Below, in pieces: positions 9,942 to 19,987 of a stretch of 64,000 bases of DNA; positions within the stretch are counted from its first letter, which is position 1; each line of letters opens with the position of its first letter. Source of the stretch: an uncultured Sphingomonadaceae bacterium (GTDB taxonomy: Bacteria; Pseudomonadota; Alphaproteobacteria; Sphingomonadales; Sphingomonadaceae). The stretch covers positions 18,884-82,883 of the forward strand of contig CALMVA010000083.1 in the NCBI GenBank assembly GCA_937873035.1, given 5' to 3'. The position numbers were made by a program, and so were the translations under genes. A model generated the notes under the pieces. It did no database searches. It was not told where the DNA came from and worked only from the letters and a program-made list of their open reading frames with translations.

Positions 9942-11150
9942 CTAAACCAGTTCCCCCGTCAGCATCACAGGCAGGCTACCGCTTTCGCCGCGCGCTTCAG
10001 ACATGAAGAGATCCTTCAAGGGCTTGGCACGCTGCACCGTTGCCAGACCAAAGCGCCGCACGGCGCGCGCCGTTTTGCCCGGAACGCCAAACAGCCGGAC
10101 AAGACTGTCGCACGCGAAGGTAACGGCCATCACATCGGCACTGCGCCAGCGTTGATAGCGGGCGAGCAGTTGTGCATCGCCCAGATCAAGCCCCAGCCGC
10201 GCGCCATCGACGAGCACTTCGGCGACAACCGCCACATCGCGCAGGCCAAGGTTGAAGCCCTGCCCCGCAATCGGGTGGATGCCATGGCCCGCATCGCCCA
10301 CCAGCGCCATGCGTTTTTCAGTCATCTTGGCTGTGTGACGGAAATGCAGCGGGTAGATGCCGCGCGGCGCGGCAAAGCTCAGCTCACCCAAAACATTCGC
10401 CGTTACGCGCGACACTTCGGCAAGGAAGGCGCGGTCATTGAGCTTCATGGCCGCCGCCGCCTGGTCGTCGGGCAGCGACCAGACCAGCGCCGAGCGCGTG
10501 CCGGGATTCATCGGCAGCAGCGCCACCGGCCCTGACGAATAGAAAATCTGGTGCGCGGTATCATGATGCGGAATTTCATGGTCGAGCGCAGTCACGATGC
10601 TCTTCGACGAATAGTCCCACGCCGCAACATTGATGCCCGCGCCCTCGCGCGTTGAACTGTAGCGCCCCTCGCAGACAAGCAAGAGCGGCGCGGAGACGGT
10701 CGAGCCGTCGTCCAGAACCACCGTGACACGATGGTCGCCACGATCCACTGACGCCGCTCGGTGCCCGAATTTACGTGTCACCTTGCCCGCATCCTGAATC
10801 ATCGCCCAAAGCTCACGTCGCAACACGCGGTTTTCGAGCATCAGGCCGAGCGGGTTTTCAACGCTGTCGGTCTCGAAATCGAGCGGCGCGCCATCAGCCC
10901 CGTCGCGCACTTCGATGCGCCGAATGGGGCAGGCCTCCGCGCGCATCCGGGGGCCGATGCCAATCGCATCAAACAGCTTCCAGCTGCTGGATGAAATGGC
11001 CGTCACGCGCCCGTCAAATTCAGTCGTCAGCGTCGTTGCGGGATCGAGCGGGTCGATGACAACCGAGGTGAGGCCATGCACATCCAGCGCCAGCGCCATC
11101 GTCTGGCCGATCAGGCCGCCGCCGAGAATAATCACATCATGCGAGTCCAT
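9942..11150 (-). CDS. UbiH/UbiF/COQ6-family FAD-dependent hydroxylase
   Basis: GGGLIG dinucleotide motif, LVGDAGHGIHPIAGQGFNLGLRD. Confidence 0.92.
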   Translation of the reverse strand: MDSHDVIILGGGLIGQTMALALDVHGLTSVVIDPLDPATTLTTEFDGRVTAISSSSWKLFDAIGIGPRMRAEACPIRRIEVRDGADGAPLDFETDSVENPLGLMLENRVLRRELWAMIQDAGKVTRKFGHRAASVDRGDHRVTVVLDDGSTVSAPLLLVCEGRYSSTREGAGINVAAWDYSSKSIVTALDHEIPHHDTAHQIFYSSGPVALLPMNPGTRSALVWSLPDDQAAAAMKLNDRAFLAEVSRVTANVLGELSFAAPRGIYPLHFRHTAKMTEKRMALVGDAGHGIHPIAGQGFNLGLRDVAVVAEVLVDGARLGLDLGDAQLLARYQRWRSADVMAVTFACDSLVRLFGVPGKTARAVRRFGLATVQRAKPLKDLFMSEARGESGSLPVMLTGELV

Positions 11151-11219
11151 GGTATCAGCCTTACGCCCAGTGCGGGCCGCGACTCAAGCTTTTCAGCCTG
11201 ACTCTTGACGGCGAGTCAG
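11143..11219. promoter_or_regulatory. Cluster of four GANTC (CcrM) sites around a TTGACG -35 upstream of ftsK
   Basis: GANTC at 11143, 11181, 11200 and 11213; ctgactc/gagtcag inverted repeat brackets TTGACG (11205-10). Confidence 0.5.
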
Positions 11220-11276
11220 CCGCTGGCGCATGAGTGCGCCCAGAACATTATGCGCACGCAGCAAAGGAGGCGCGGC

Positions 11277-13598
11277 ATGGCATCGCGGGCGCCGGAATGG
11301 CGTGAATCAGTGAAGCGGGGGGCAATCCGCAGCGGCACGCTGCTGGGCGCGGTTGCGCTTGCGCTCGCAGCCATTGTGCTCGTGCTGGCGCTGGCGAGCT
11401 ACCACCCCAGCGATCCTTCGATGAACACCGCAGCCGGTGGCCCGACACGCAATCTGCTGGGCCTTCCCGGCGCGTGGATGGCGGATTTTCTCCTCTGGTC
11501 GTTCGGACCCGCCATTGGCCTGTTCGTCCCACAAATCCTGCTCAATGCCCGTCGCCTATGGGCCAAGGTTCCTGTCATCAGCTGGAAGAAGCGCGCGCTT
11601 GGCACATTGGGCGGCATTGCCCTTATCGATACCGGGCTTGCGCTCTTCCGCCCCGGCGCCTTTGATGGCCTGCCCGGCGGACTTGGCGGCACCTTTGGCG
11701 TCACCATCGGGAGCATCGTCCAGTGGCTGATGGACTTTGCGCCGCCTGCCGACTGGATGACATGGGTGCGCTGGGGGCTGGCCGCACTTGCTGCCTTTGC
11801 GGGCATCATTATCTGGGCCAAAAGCCTTGGCCTTGATGATGATGAGCGCGCTTGGCTGTTCCGCCGCCGTGACCGGGAAGATGAAGTGCGCGCGCTGCCT
11901 GCGCCCTTTGACGAAGAGGATGATGTCATTGCAGATCATCGTCCCAAGCCCGTCAAGGAGCGCCCCATCGAGCCGCGCCCTGCCCCCGTCATCACCGAGC
12001 CGCGCACCAAGCCCGTTATTTCAGACAAACCCGCGCCTGCCGCACCTAAGTCTGACAAGGGGCAGGCGTCGCTGCCGCTTGGCGATGGCTATGCCCTGCC
12101 CTCGCTCGATCTGCTTGCCCCTGCCCCGCCCTCGGCTGGTGGCACGCTCGACAAGGCGGCGCTGGAGCACAACGCCCGGCTTCTCGAAACCGTGCTCGAC
12201 GATTTCCACGTCAAGGGCCAGATCGTCGAGGTGCGCCCCGGCCCGGTCGTCACCATGTATGAACTGGAGCCAGCCTCCGGCATCAAAGCAAGCCGCGTCA
12301 TTCAGTTGGCCGACGACATCGCGCGCAATATGTCCGCGCTTTCGGCACGTGTCGCAACCATCCCCGGCCGCACCGTCATCGGCATCGAGCTGCCCAACCA
12401 AAAGCGCGAAAGCGTGGTGCTGCACGAGCTGATCGCCAGCCAGAATTTTGCCGAACAATCGGGGCAATTGCCCATCGTGCTGGGCAAGAACATTGCGGGC
12501 GACCCCGTGATCGCCGACCTTGCACCCATGCCGCATTTGCTCGTCGCGGGCACGACTGGCTCAGGTAAGTCAGTCGGCCTCAACGCAATGATTGTCTCGC
12601 TGCTCTACCGGCTCACGCCCGATCAGTGCCGCATGATCATGATCGACCCGAAGATGCTCGAACTGAGCATCTACGACGATATTCCACATCTGCTCTCGCC
12701 GGTCGTGACCGAACCCGCCAAGGCGATCCGCGCGCTCAAATGGGCGGTCGAGCAGATGGAAGACCGCTATCGCATGATGGCTTCGGTCGGTGTTCGCAGC
12801 CTTGCGAGCTTCAACGAAAAGGTGCGCTCCGCTAACCAGAAGGGTGCCTTCCTCGGCCGCCGTGTCCAGACGGGCTATGATGCCGATACCGGCCAGCCGA
12901 TCTATGAGGAAGAGCAACTCGACTATCGCCCGCTGCCGCAGATCGTCGTCATTGTCGACGAGCTTGCGGACCTGATGATGACGGCGGGCAAGGAAGTCGA
13001 ATTTCTCATCCAGCGTCTCGCGCAAAAGGCGCGCGCGGCGGGCATCCACCTTATCATGGCGACCCAGCGCCCCTCGGTCGATGTCATCACCGGCGTCATC
13101 AAGGCCAATTTGCCGACCCGCATCAGCTTTTCTGTCACCTCCAAGATCGACTCGCGCACCATCCTTGGCGAACAGGGCGCCGAGCAACTGCTGGGCAAGG
13201 GCGATATGCTCTATATGCCCGGCGGCAAGCAGATCGCGCGTGTTCACGGCCCGTTCGTCTCGGACGAGGAAGTGCGCGCGGTTGCTGATCACTGGCGCGC
13301 GCAGGGCCAGCCCGACTATATTCAGGCCGTGACGGAAGAGCCCGAAGAGGGCAGCTGGGAATTGGAAGGCGCACCAACCGGCGAGGATTCCGCCGAAGAC
13401 CAGATGTATCGCCGCGCGCTTCAGGTGGTGGCGGAAAGCCAGAAGGCGTCGACCAGCTATATTCAGCGCCAGTTGCGCATCGGCTACAACTCGGCCGCGC
13501 GGCTCATCGAACGGATGGAAGCCGAAGGCAAGGTCAGCCGCCCGGACCATGTCGGCCGACGTGAAGTGCTCATCGACACAGATGGCCACGCCATCTGA
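11277..13598 (+). CDS. ftsK: DNA translocase FtsK
   Basis: N-terminal TMs, GTTGSGKS, IDPKMLEL, VDELADLM, gamma domain LRIGYNSAARLIE. GGAGG before ATG 11277. Confidence 0.97.
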   Translation: MASRAPEWRESVKRGAIRSGTLLGAVALALAAIVLVLALASYHPSDPSMNTAAGGPTRNLLGLPGAWMADFLLWSFGPAIGLFVPQILLNARRLWAKVPVISWKKRALGTLGGIALIDTGLALFRPGAFDGLPGGLGGTFGVTIGSIVQWLMDFAPPADWMTWVRWGLAALAAFAGIIIWAKSLGLDDDERAWLFRRRDREDEVRALPAPFDEEDDVIADHRPKPVKERPIEPRPAPVITEPRTKPVISDKPAPAAPKSDKGQASLPLGDGYALPSLDLLAPAPPSAGGTLDKAALEHNARLLETVLDDFHVKGQIVEVRPGPVVTMYELEPASGIKASRVIQLADDIARNMSALSARVATIPGRTVIGIELPNQKRESVVLHELIASQNFAEQSGQLPIVLGKNIAGDPVIADLAPMPHLLVAGTTGSGKSVGLNAMIVSLLYRLTPDQCRMIMIDPKMLELSIYDDIPHLLSPVVTEPAKAIRALKWAVEQMEDRYRMMASVGVRSLASFNEKVRSANQKGAFLGRRVQTGYDADTGQPIYEEEQLDYRPLPQIVVIVDELADLMMTAGKEVEFLIQRLAQKARAAGIHLIMATQRPSVDVITGVIKANLPTRISFSVTSKIDSRTILGEQGAEQLLGKGDMLYMPGGKQIARVHGPFVSDEEVRAVADHWRAQGQPDYIQAVTEEPEEGSWELEGAPTGEDSAEDQMYRRALQVVAESQKASTSYIQRQLRIGYNSAARLIERMEAEGKVSRPDHVGRREVLIDTDGHAI

Positions 13599-13663
13599 CT
13601 GACAGTTCACCCCGCGTTCAACGATGCGCAGCCAGAAGCCCGGCACTCTCTCGGAGTTAATCC

Positions 13664-14278
13664 ATGAAGCCCCTCTTTCCGATTCTTGCCGCAACGATCA
13701 TGACCGCAACCATATCGTCAGCCTCTGCCGAGGTGAACAGCCTTGCCGCCGTGCAGGCGCATTTGAAGGCGGTAGGCTCGATGACGGCGAGCTTCACCCA
13801 GACCGACCGGGGCGGCAAGTCCATTTCCGGCACGCTCAGCCTGAAGCGGCCCGGCAAGATCCGCTTCCAATATGAAAAGGGCGTGCCGATCCTGATCGTC
13901 GGCGATGGCAAGGCGCTGACCTTCATCGATTATTCGGTGCGGCAGGTGCAGCGCTGGCCGATTGGCAACACCCCGCTGGGCGTTCTGCTGGACCCCAACA
14001 AGGATCTGACGCGATTTGCCCGGCTGCTGCCGAGCGCCAACCCCAATGTCGTGCTTGTTGAGGCGCGCGACAAGAAGCACCCCGAATATGGCGTTATCAC
14101 GCTGGCGTTCACCAAGGCCGACTCGGCGCCCGCCGGATTGCGGCTCGATGGCTGGGTGTCGCTCGATTCCCAGAACAACCGAACGACGATCCGCCTCGCA
14201 AATCAGCAATTCAACGCCCCAATATCCGATAAAACGTTCAATTGGAGCGATCCACGCCCGAAAGGGCCACGTGGCTGA
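13664..14278 (+). CDS. lolA: Outer-membrane lipoprotein carrier LolA
   Basis: Signal peptide, FTQTD, RPGKIRFQY; conserved ftsK-lolA order. Confidence 0.88.
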   Translation: MKPLFPILAATIMTATISSASAEVNSLAAVQAHLKAVGSMTASFTQTDRGGKSISGTLSLKRPGKIRFQYEKGVPILIVGDGKALTFIDYSVRQVQRWPIGNTPLGVLLDPNKDLTRFARLLPSANPNVVLVEARDKKHPEYGVITLAFTKADSAPAGLRLDGWVSLDSQNNRTTIRLANQQFNAPISDKTFNWSDPRPKGPRG

Positions 14279-14340
14279 CAATCCATTCATCTTGGCGACA
14301 GGAAAAAAGTCCTAATTTAATCTGGCTTTGGCAGACATAT

Positions 14341-14448
14341 GACGGGATTCCCCCCCTGTTGCCCGTCTAAATGGTTTGCATAAAGCCGGCGTGACGAACG
14401 CTAGCTCGACCCTCGCTCCACGCCCCCGGAGCGGGGGTCTTTGCTTTT
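14341..14448 (+). ncRNA. sRNA candidate with C7 loop and intrinsic terminator
   Basis: gacggg/cccgtc stem with a C7 loop, two small hairpins, a 12-bp stem (14408-19/14428-39) then tttgctttt. Confidence 0.45.
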
Positions 14449-14463
14449 GGGCCTTTGACGCGT

Positions 14464-14919
14464 TCAGAGCTGGCGCGTCATGCAGATGCTGAAATCATCG
14501 AGAACATAATCGGCAAAGGGTGGGCACTCGGCAAAGCCATAGCGTTCATAAAGCCGGTGTGCAGGCTGGAAGGGCGCGGGCCGCCCCGTTTCCAGACTGA
14601 GGCGCTGATAGCCGCGTGCGCGGGCCGCTGCGATGATCGTATCGAGCAAGGCCGCCGCCACGCCGCGCCGCAGATAGGCGGGGTCGGTGCGCATCGACTT
14701 GACCTCGCCATGCCGTGCATCCAGCTCACGCAGCGCGCCGCAGCCCATCAGCGTCGTGCCATCCCATGCCGTCCAGAAGGTAATGTCGGGCCGGCGCAAC
14801 CGCTCCAGATCGAGTGCATGGACGCTGCCGGGCGGCGAATGGCGATGCATATCGTCCAGATGCGCCTGAAGCAGCGCGGCGATCTCGGCCCCGTGCAGAT
14901 CATCAACCACAATCCGCAT
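14464..14919 (-). CDS. GNAT family N-acetyltransferase
   Basis: GEVKSMRT…RRGVAAALL, LSLETG, LYERYGF. ATG overlaps the upstream TGA. Confidence 0.9.
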   Translation of the reverse strand: MRIVVDDLHGAEIAALLQAHLDDMHRHSPPGSVHALDLERLRRPDITFWTAWDGTTLMGCGALRELDARHGEVKSMRTDPAYLRRGVAAALLDTIIAAARARGYQRLSLETGRPAPFQPAHRLYERYGFAECPPFADYVLDDFSICMTRQL

Positions 14920-16037
14920 CACAGGCTGTCCGCAAGCACCGCCAGACAATCACGCCCCAGTTGCTTGCACCGTTCGGGCGACCATGCCCGCAGCGGATCG
15001 CCGTTCATGTCATGATCCTTGAACGGCATTTCGAGCGTCATCGACACGCAGCCCTGGCCTGCAAAACGGTTGGCGAGCTGGTTGGTCGACATGGTGAGGT
15101 TTGCCTTGCCCGGCGCCGATTTGGGATAGCCCAATTGCGTCTGAAAATCGGGCGTGCGCGCCGCAAGCGCGTTGCGGAAGGCATAGAAGCGTTCCCCCTG
15201 ATCTTCGGTCCAGTTGGGGATACCCTCAAAGCCCGCGATGAAATTCGCCGGGATCGCCTCGTCACCATGCACGTCCATCGCCCAGTGGACGCCGGTGCGG
15301 TCCATCTCGTCGCGCACGCAGAGCACTTCTGGCGACCGCTCGGCGCTTGGCTCAGCCCATTCGCGGTTGAGGTTCACGCCCGCCGCATTGGTGCGCAAAT
15401 GCCCGCGCATCGATCCATCGGGGTTCATATTGGGCACGATATGGAGCGTGCACTCTCGCCGCAGCTTGAGCGCGACCGGATCACGCGCGTCGATAAGGCA
15501 GTCGAGCGCGCCTTCCATCCACCATTCGGCCATCGATTCCCCCGGATGCTGGCGCGCATAGAGCCAGACCTGCTTTGGCCCAGCACCCATGCGCAGCAGG
15601 TCCATCGGCTGGCCATCGAGCGTCTTGCCAAGCTCGATCAGCTCCACCCCCGGCGCACCTGCGATGCGCTGGACAAGATCATGGTGCCGCTCGATCGAAT
15701 AGGGCGCGAAATAGGCAAACCACACCGCATCGCGCGCGGGTATGTGGCTTATGGTCAGCACGCCATCGGCATAGCTGGTTTCGGCGCACAGCCAGTCTTG
15801 CCGGTCATCCGAATAGCGCGCCTTATAGCCCGACCAGCCACCGGGATAGGCAGAGCCTTCGCAATTGGTGATGCGCAGCGTGATGCGCCGCCCCTTCGCG
15901 CCCGACACGCGAAAGTGGAACCATTGATAGAAGTCCGACTGCGCATCCTTGCGGATTTCAAGTTGTGCCGTGTCGCCGTCTATGCCGGAAACGAGGATGT
16001 TGCCGCTGTCAAAGGCGGCTGAAATATTGAGTGTCAT
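14919..16037 (-). CDS. M14 family zinc carboxypeptidase (cytosolic type)
   Basis: [39 protein letters not shown]. Confidence 0.92.
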   Translation of the reverse strand: MTLNISAAFDSGNILVSGIDGDTAQLEIRKDAQSDFYQWFHFRVSGAKGRRITLRITNCEGSAYPGGWSGYKARYSDDRQDWLCAETSYADGVLTISHIPARDAVWFAYFAPYSIERHHDLVQRIAGAPGVELIELGKTLDGQPMDLLRMGAGPKQVWLYARQHPGESMAEWWMEGALDCLIDARDPVALKLRRECTLHIVPNMNPDGSMRGHLRTNAAGVNLNREWAEPSAERSPEVLCVRDEMDRTGVHWAMDVHGDEAIPANFIAGFEGIPNWTEDQGERFYAFRNALAARTPDFQTQLGYPKSAPGKANLTMSTNQLANRFAGQGCVSMTLEMPFKDHDMNGDPLRAWSPERCKQLGRDCLAVLADSL

Positions 16038-16603
16038 GGCACCGTGATAGTCCGTCCCGAATCACCCGGAAAGTCCTGAAACAGCGCAGTTGCAAGCTTT
16101 GACGCCGCAAGGCCCGGCTGGGCGGCGGGTGCGCTGGCCGCACTTTCGGTGTGCGCGCGGCCTTCCCACAGCACCGCCGAATCGCTTGCGCGCTTCATCT
16201 GGACGGACATTCGCGTCAGCACGAGCCCTTTGGTGCCGCCACCAACGCCAAAGCTGGTGCCGATGCCAAGCCCGACATGGCTCCCAAAAGAGCCGCCGCC
16301 AAGACCGATGGTGACGGGCGACCGCTTGGCCACGCTACGCTCTGTGCGCTCATAGCCCACCACCACATGATAGCGCGGCGCACCTTCCGCCTTGAAACCA
16401 AGACGGAGCAATTCTCGCGTGACAGCAGCGGAATATGTGCCGAATTCCAGTGTGTTGGCATTAACGCCGGGTGCCGCGTCGATCACGAATCCACCTGCCT
16501 CGATCTGCTCAGGCACGTGAAATCGGGTAACCTCCACAGGTGGAATGGGCGCAACGCACCCTGCCAGCGGGAACACACAGAATGACAGAAAAGCGATACG
16601 CAT
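16034..16603 (-). CDS. DUF4136-like lipoprotein
   Basis: Lipobox LAGC, Gly-rich [16 protein letters not shown]. Confidence 0.65.
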   Translation of the reverse strand: MRIAFLSFCVFPLAGCVAPIPPVEVTRFHVPEQIEAGGFVIDAAPGVNANTLEFGTYSAAVTRELLRLGFKAEGAPRYHVVVGYERTERSVAKRSPVTIGLGGGSFGSHVGLGIGTSFGVGGGTKGLVLTRMSVQMKRASDSAVLWEGRAHTESAASAPAAQPGLAASKLATALFQDFPGDSGRTITVP

Positions 16604-16705
16604 GGAGATTACACTTCCCATAATGGCTTTGCCTTGACTTTGCTGATGCCGATCTTTAGGCGGCAGCCTTCATTTTCCACCGTTAGTAAGAACAGGCAAG
16701 CGATC

Positions 16706-16831
16706 ATGAAGATCCGCAACTCGCTCAAGTCGCTCAAGGACCGTCACCGGGATAACCGCGTGATCCGTCGTCGCGGCCGCACCTACGTCATCAACAAGAC
16801 GCAGAAGCGTTTCAAGGCGCGCCAGGGCTAA
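16706..16831 (+). CDS. rpmJ: 50S ribosomal protein L36, zinc-independent type
   Basis: [41 protein letters not shown]. Confidence 0.96.
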   Translation: MKIRNSLKSLKDRHRDNRVIRRRGRTYVINKTQKRFKARQG

Positions 16832-16837
16832 TTGCCC

Positions 16838-17446
16838 ATGGCGGTGTCCGCCGTCGTTTTCGACGTCGGCAACGTCCTTTATCGCTGGAGCCCAAGGGCT
16901 CTGTACGAGCGCCTGATCCCAGAGGGTCGGGCGCTTGATGCGTTTCTGGAAAATGTCGTGACGACCGACTGGCATTTCCAGCACGATGCCGGGCGCGACT
17001 TTGCCGAAACAAGTGCAGAGCTGATCGCGCGCTTTCCCGATCATCGCGATCTCATCCTCGCCTGGCAGCCGCGTTTCAACGAAACCATCACCGGCGCGGT
17101 CGAGGGGATGACCGAGCTTGTCGCCGATCTCGATTCGGCGGGTGTGCCGATGTTCGGCATCACCAATTTCAGCCATGAATTCTGGCCGCCCTTTCGTAAC
17201 AGCGAGGCACAGCTGTTCAACCGGTTCCAGGGCATCGTCGTTTCGGGCGAAGAGAAGCTCGCCAAGCCCGATCCCGCCATTTACGCGCTCGCGCTGAAGC
17301 GATTCGCGCTCGCGCCGGGCGAAGGACTGTTCCTCGATGACCGGCGCGAAAATGTGGACGCGGCGAACGCCAACGGCTTTGTCGGCCATCATTTCACCAA
17401 TGCCGCGCGGGCACGCGCGCATATTGTGGAGTTGGGCCTGCTCTAA
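16838..17446 (+). CDS. HAD-superfamily hydrolase
   Basis: VVFDVGNVL, ITNFS, KPDPAIY, FLDDRRENV. Confidence 0.92.
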   Translation: MAVSAVVFDVGNVLYRWSPRALYERLIPEGRALDAFLENVVTTDWHFQHDAGRDFAETSAELIARFPDHRDLILAWQPRFNETITGAVEGMTELVADLDSAGVPMFGITNFSHEFWPPFRNSEAQLFNRFQGIVVSGEEKLAKPDPAIYALALKRFALAPGEGLFLDDRRENVDAANANGFVGHHFTNAARARAHIVELGLL

Positions 17447-17529
17447 GCTGCGGGGGTTGGTGAACAGCGAAGGACAGGGGTTGACCTTCTCCTGTGCCGC
17501 AAGCGCCCCCGCAGCACCGCATCCAAACT

Positions 17530-17576
17530 TGGAAGTGGAGGAAGTTGAGGCCGCGTTCCCCCGGAAATCCGTGCCC
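17530..17576. repeat. Dispersed 47-bp motif, copy 1
   Basis: TGGAAGTGGAGGAAGTTGAGGCC-N7-CCCGGAAATCCGTGCCC; matches 54634-54680 apart from the N7 spacer. Confidence 0.85.
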
Positions 17577-17742
17577 GCGGGATTTGCAAGGCACCCGGCC
17601 ACCATCCACCCCAGCATAACCAGAGGGACCAGCAGCCCCATTACATTGCCCATCATTTGACTGCCCATCGCCTGCCTCCTTCGTCACCTGTGACGCGGCG
17701 TGGCATGGCAGAGCATCAATAGGACAGCGAAATAGGATTTCC

Positions 17743-17902
17743 CGTCACCCCCGGCGAAGACTGGGGTCGCAGGGTGCGGGAGATGCCAGCCTTCGCTGGC
17801 ATGACGATCAGAGCACGGTGCCTGTCCCTTTCCCGTCACCCCAGCGAAGGCTGGGGTCTCAAAAGCGCGGCGCCAGAGATGCCAGCCTGCGCTGGCATGA
17901 CG
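17743..17902. repeat. REP/BIME-like cluster, family A (two inverted doublets)
   Basis: Units at 17743-68, 17780-806, 17834-60 and 17876-902; same family as 87-253. Confidence 0.88.
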
Positions 17903-17912
17903 TGCCCCCCTC

Positions 17913-19874
17913 TTACGGTGTCACCACGTTGAACATCATGCCCGGCTTGTCGAGCGCGCCGAACATCGCGCCGATGGCGGTCGGATCGCCTTCAAATTTG
18001 AGCGCACCGGACTGGATGGCCGCACCAATGTCGATGGTCTGGAGGATCAGCCCGTCAAAGGTGGCGCGGGTGGTAATCATCTTCGCGGTCGGCTTGTCGA
18101 GCACCTGCCCCATGCTGGGGAAGAGCACCGCCTCATCGACATGGAGCGCCACATTCTCGTTCCGGTCGGTAAAGACCAGCTGGATGGTCGTGCCCGGCCG
18201 CGTCGATTGGGGGGGGTGGAGGCGGGCCGCAGGCGCTTCCATCAGAGGGGCGGGGGGCCCCGCGCGGATGCCGCCTGCGCCCGCCACATCGAGGCGCGGC
18301 TGGGGAACGCCGTTGCGCAGTTCGTGCGCGGCTTGCAGAAAGACGTTGCGCCATGTGCCGGCTTCTGCCTGATAGCCCTGCTGCTCATAGCTGGCGGCGA
18401 GCCATTTCTTCGCCTGCTCATTCGCCGGGTCGGCAAAGACGATGTGGTTGAACAGCGTTGACGACCAACGATAATCGCCCGCGTCATAGGCCTTGATGCC
18501 CGTTGCCAGCGCCTTTTTCGCGCCGCCCATCGCCGCCACATAACGCTTCGATTCTTCGGTCGGCACATGGCGGTTGTAATTGGCGGGAGCGCCATCCCAC
18601 CAGCCGAAATAATATTGGAACACCGCCTTCGCGTTGTGATTATAGGTGCCGTAATAGCCGCGCGTCGAGAAATCGCTCTTGGCGAAAGCAGGCTCGCCAA
18701 TCTCCTCGGCAATTTCGGTCGCGGTCTCGCCGCTATTGGCGAGACGCATCACCGAATCATGGATGAAGCGGTAATTGTCGCGATGGTGCGTGAGGAAGGT
18801 CTTCACATTGTCCGCGCCCCAGGTCGGCCAGTTATGCGAGCCGAACACGACATCGGACTTGTCGCCATAGAGGCGCAGGGCGGCATCGATCGACTTGGAC
18901 CAGTTGAGCGTGTCGCGCGCCTTGGCGCCGCGCTGCGTCAGCACATTGTGGAGCGTGCCCGTCGCCACTTCGGATGAGCAGAGCGCCTTGAACTCCGGCA
19001 GATAGAACATGAATTCGGCAGGTGCTTCAGAGCCTGCCGCATCGACGAACTCGAAAGTGACTCCATCAATGACGACGGGGGCCGCGCCCTTGGCGACCTC
19101 CAGCGTCGGCTTGGCGAGCGAGGCGGTGTTGTTGGCAGGCAGCGCCTGGCCAAGCCCGGTGCCGACCTGTCCTGTCGCATTGCGTGGCAGCGCGGCGCCG
19201 AACTGGAAGCCTGCGCGGCGGCCCATATAATTGCCCGCAATCACATTTTCGCTGATCGCCTCATCGGTAAAGCCATGCGGCGCGACGATGGGGATCTTCC
19301 CCGAAGCCAGCACTTCGGGCGCAGCGAGCGCGGCCACGCCGCCATAATGGTCGCCATGGCTGTGCGTGAAGACGATGCCCGAAATCGGGCGATCTCCCAG
19401 CACCTTCTTCACAAGCTCCATGCCCGCTGCCGCCGATTCAACCGCGGTGAGCGGATCAACGATGATCCAGCCGGTCTTGCCGCGGATGATCGTCATCACC
19501 GAGATGTCATAGCCGCGGAACTGGTAGATGCCGGGCGTGACTTCAAACAGGCCATGTTCGGCATTGAGCCTGGACTGGCGCCAGAGCGAGGGGTTCACGC
19601 TCGCGGGCGCATCGCCCTTCAAAAAGGCATAACTGTTGGCATCCCACACCACATCGCCCTTGGCGTTGCGGATGATGCCGCCGTCAATCTGCGCAAGCCG
19701 CCCGCGCGTGGCGTCGGCAAAGTCGGACGGGTCATTGAGCGGAAGTTGCGTGGAGACCTTGGCATTCGCGTCGGCGGTGGCCTTGGTGACCATGCCCGGC
19801 GGCGGCGCTTCACGCCCTGTTGCTGGCGCTGCAAGAACAAGTGCGACGGCAGTCGCGGCGGCGAAACGCTTCAT
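17913..19874 (-). CDS. Alkyl/aryl sulfatase (SdsA1/BDS1-type MBL fold with dimerisation and SCP2-like domains)
   Basis: Signal peptide, YQFRGYDIS, THSHGDHYGG, HNVLTQRGAKARD, RGYYGT. AGGAGG before ATG 19874. Confidence 0.92.
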   Translation of the reverse strand: MKRFAAATAVALVLAAPATGREAPPPGMVTKATADANAKVSTQLPLNDPSDFADATRGRLAQIDGGIIRNAKGDVVWDANSYAFLKGDAPASVNPSLWRQSRLNAEHGLFEVTPGIYQFRGYDISVMTIIRGKTGWIIVDPLTAVESAAAGMELVKKVLGDRPISGIVFTHSHGDHYGGVAALAAPEVLASGKIPIVAPHGFTDEAISENVIAGNYMGRRAGFQFGAALPRNATGQVGTGLGQALPANNTASLAKPTLEVAKGAAPVVIDGVTFEFVDAAGSEAPAEFMFYLPEFKALCSSEVATGTLHNVLTQRGAKARDTLNWSKSIDAALRLYGDKSDVVFGSHNWPTWGADNVKTFLTHHRDNYRFIHDSVMRLANSGETATEIAEEIGEPAFAKSDFSTRGYYGTYNHNAKAVFQYYFGWWDGAPANYNRHVPTEESKRYVAAMGGAKKALATGIKAYDAGDYRWSSTLFNHIVFADPANEQAKKWLAASYEQQGYQAEAGTWRNVFLQAAHELRNGVPQPRLDVAGAGGIRAGPPAPLMEAPAARLHPPQSTRPGTTIQLVFTDRNENVALHVDEAVLFPSMGQVLDKPTAKMITTRATFDGLILQTIDIGAAIQSGALKFEGDPTAIGAMFGALDKPGMMFNVVTP

Positions 19875-19987
19875 AAATTCCCTCCTGCTGCCGCGCCGGG
19901 CTTTTACCGCCCGGTCATGGCTAATGGCGTAGACGGTGTTCATCGCCCACCGCCTTCGCCTTGCGCAAGGGAATATTGCGGACAGCC

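Noticed and set aside
16706-16831. Zinc-free L36 as a zinc-starvation paralog
   Set aside because: This is the usual form in Alphaproteobacteria and no Zur box was recognised.
16670-17668. 332-aa minus-strand ORF
   Set aside because: Most of it is antisense to rpmJ and the HAD gene; only the first ~70 codons could be real and are covered under the 47-bp motif.
17743-17902. Possible CRISPR array
   Set aside because: Units alternate in orientation with short irregular spacers and no cas genes; this is REP/BIME-like.
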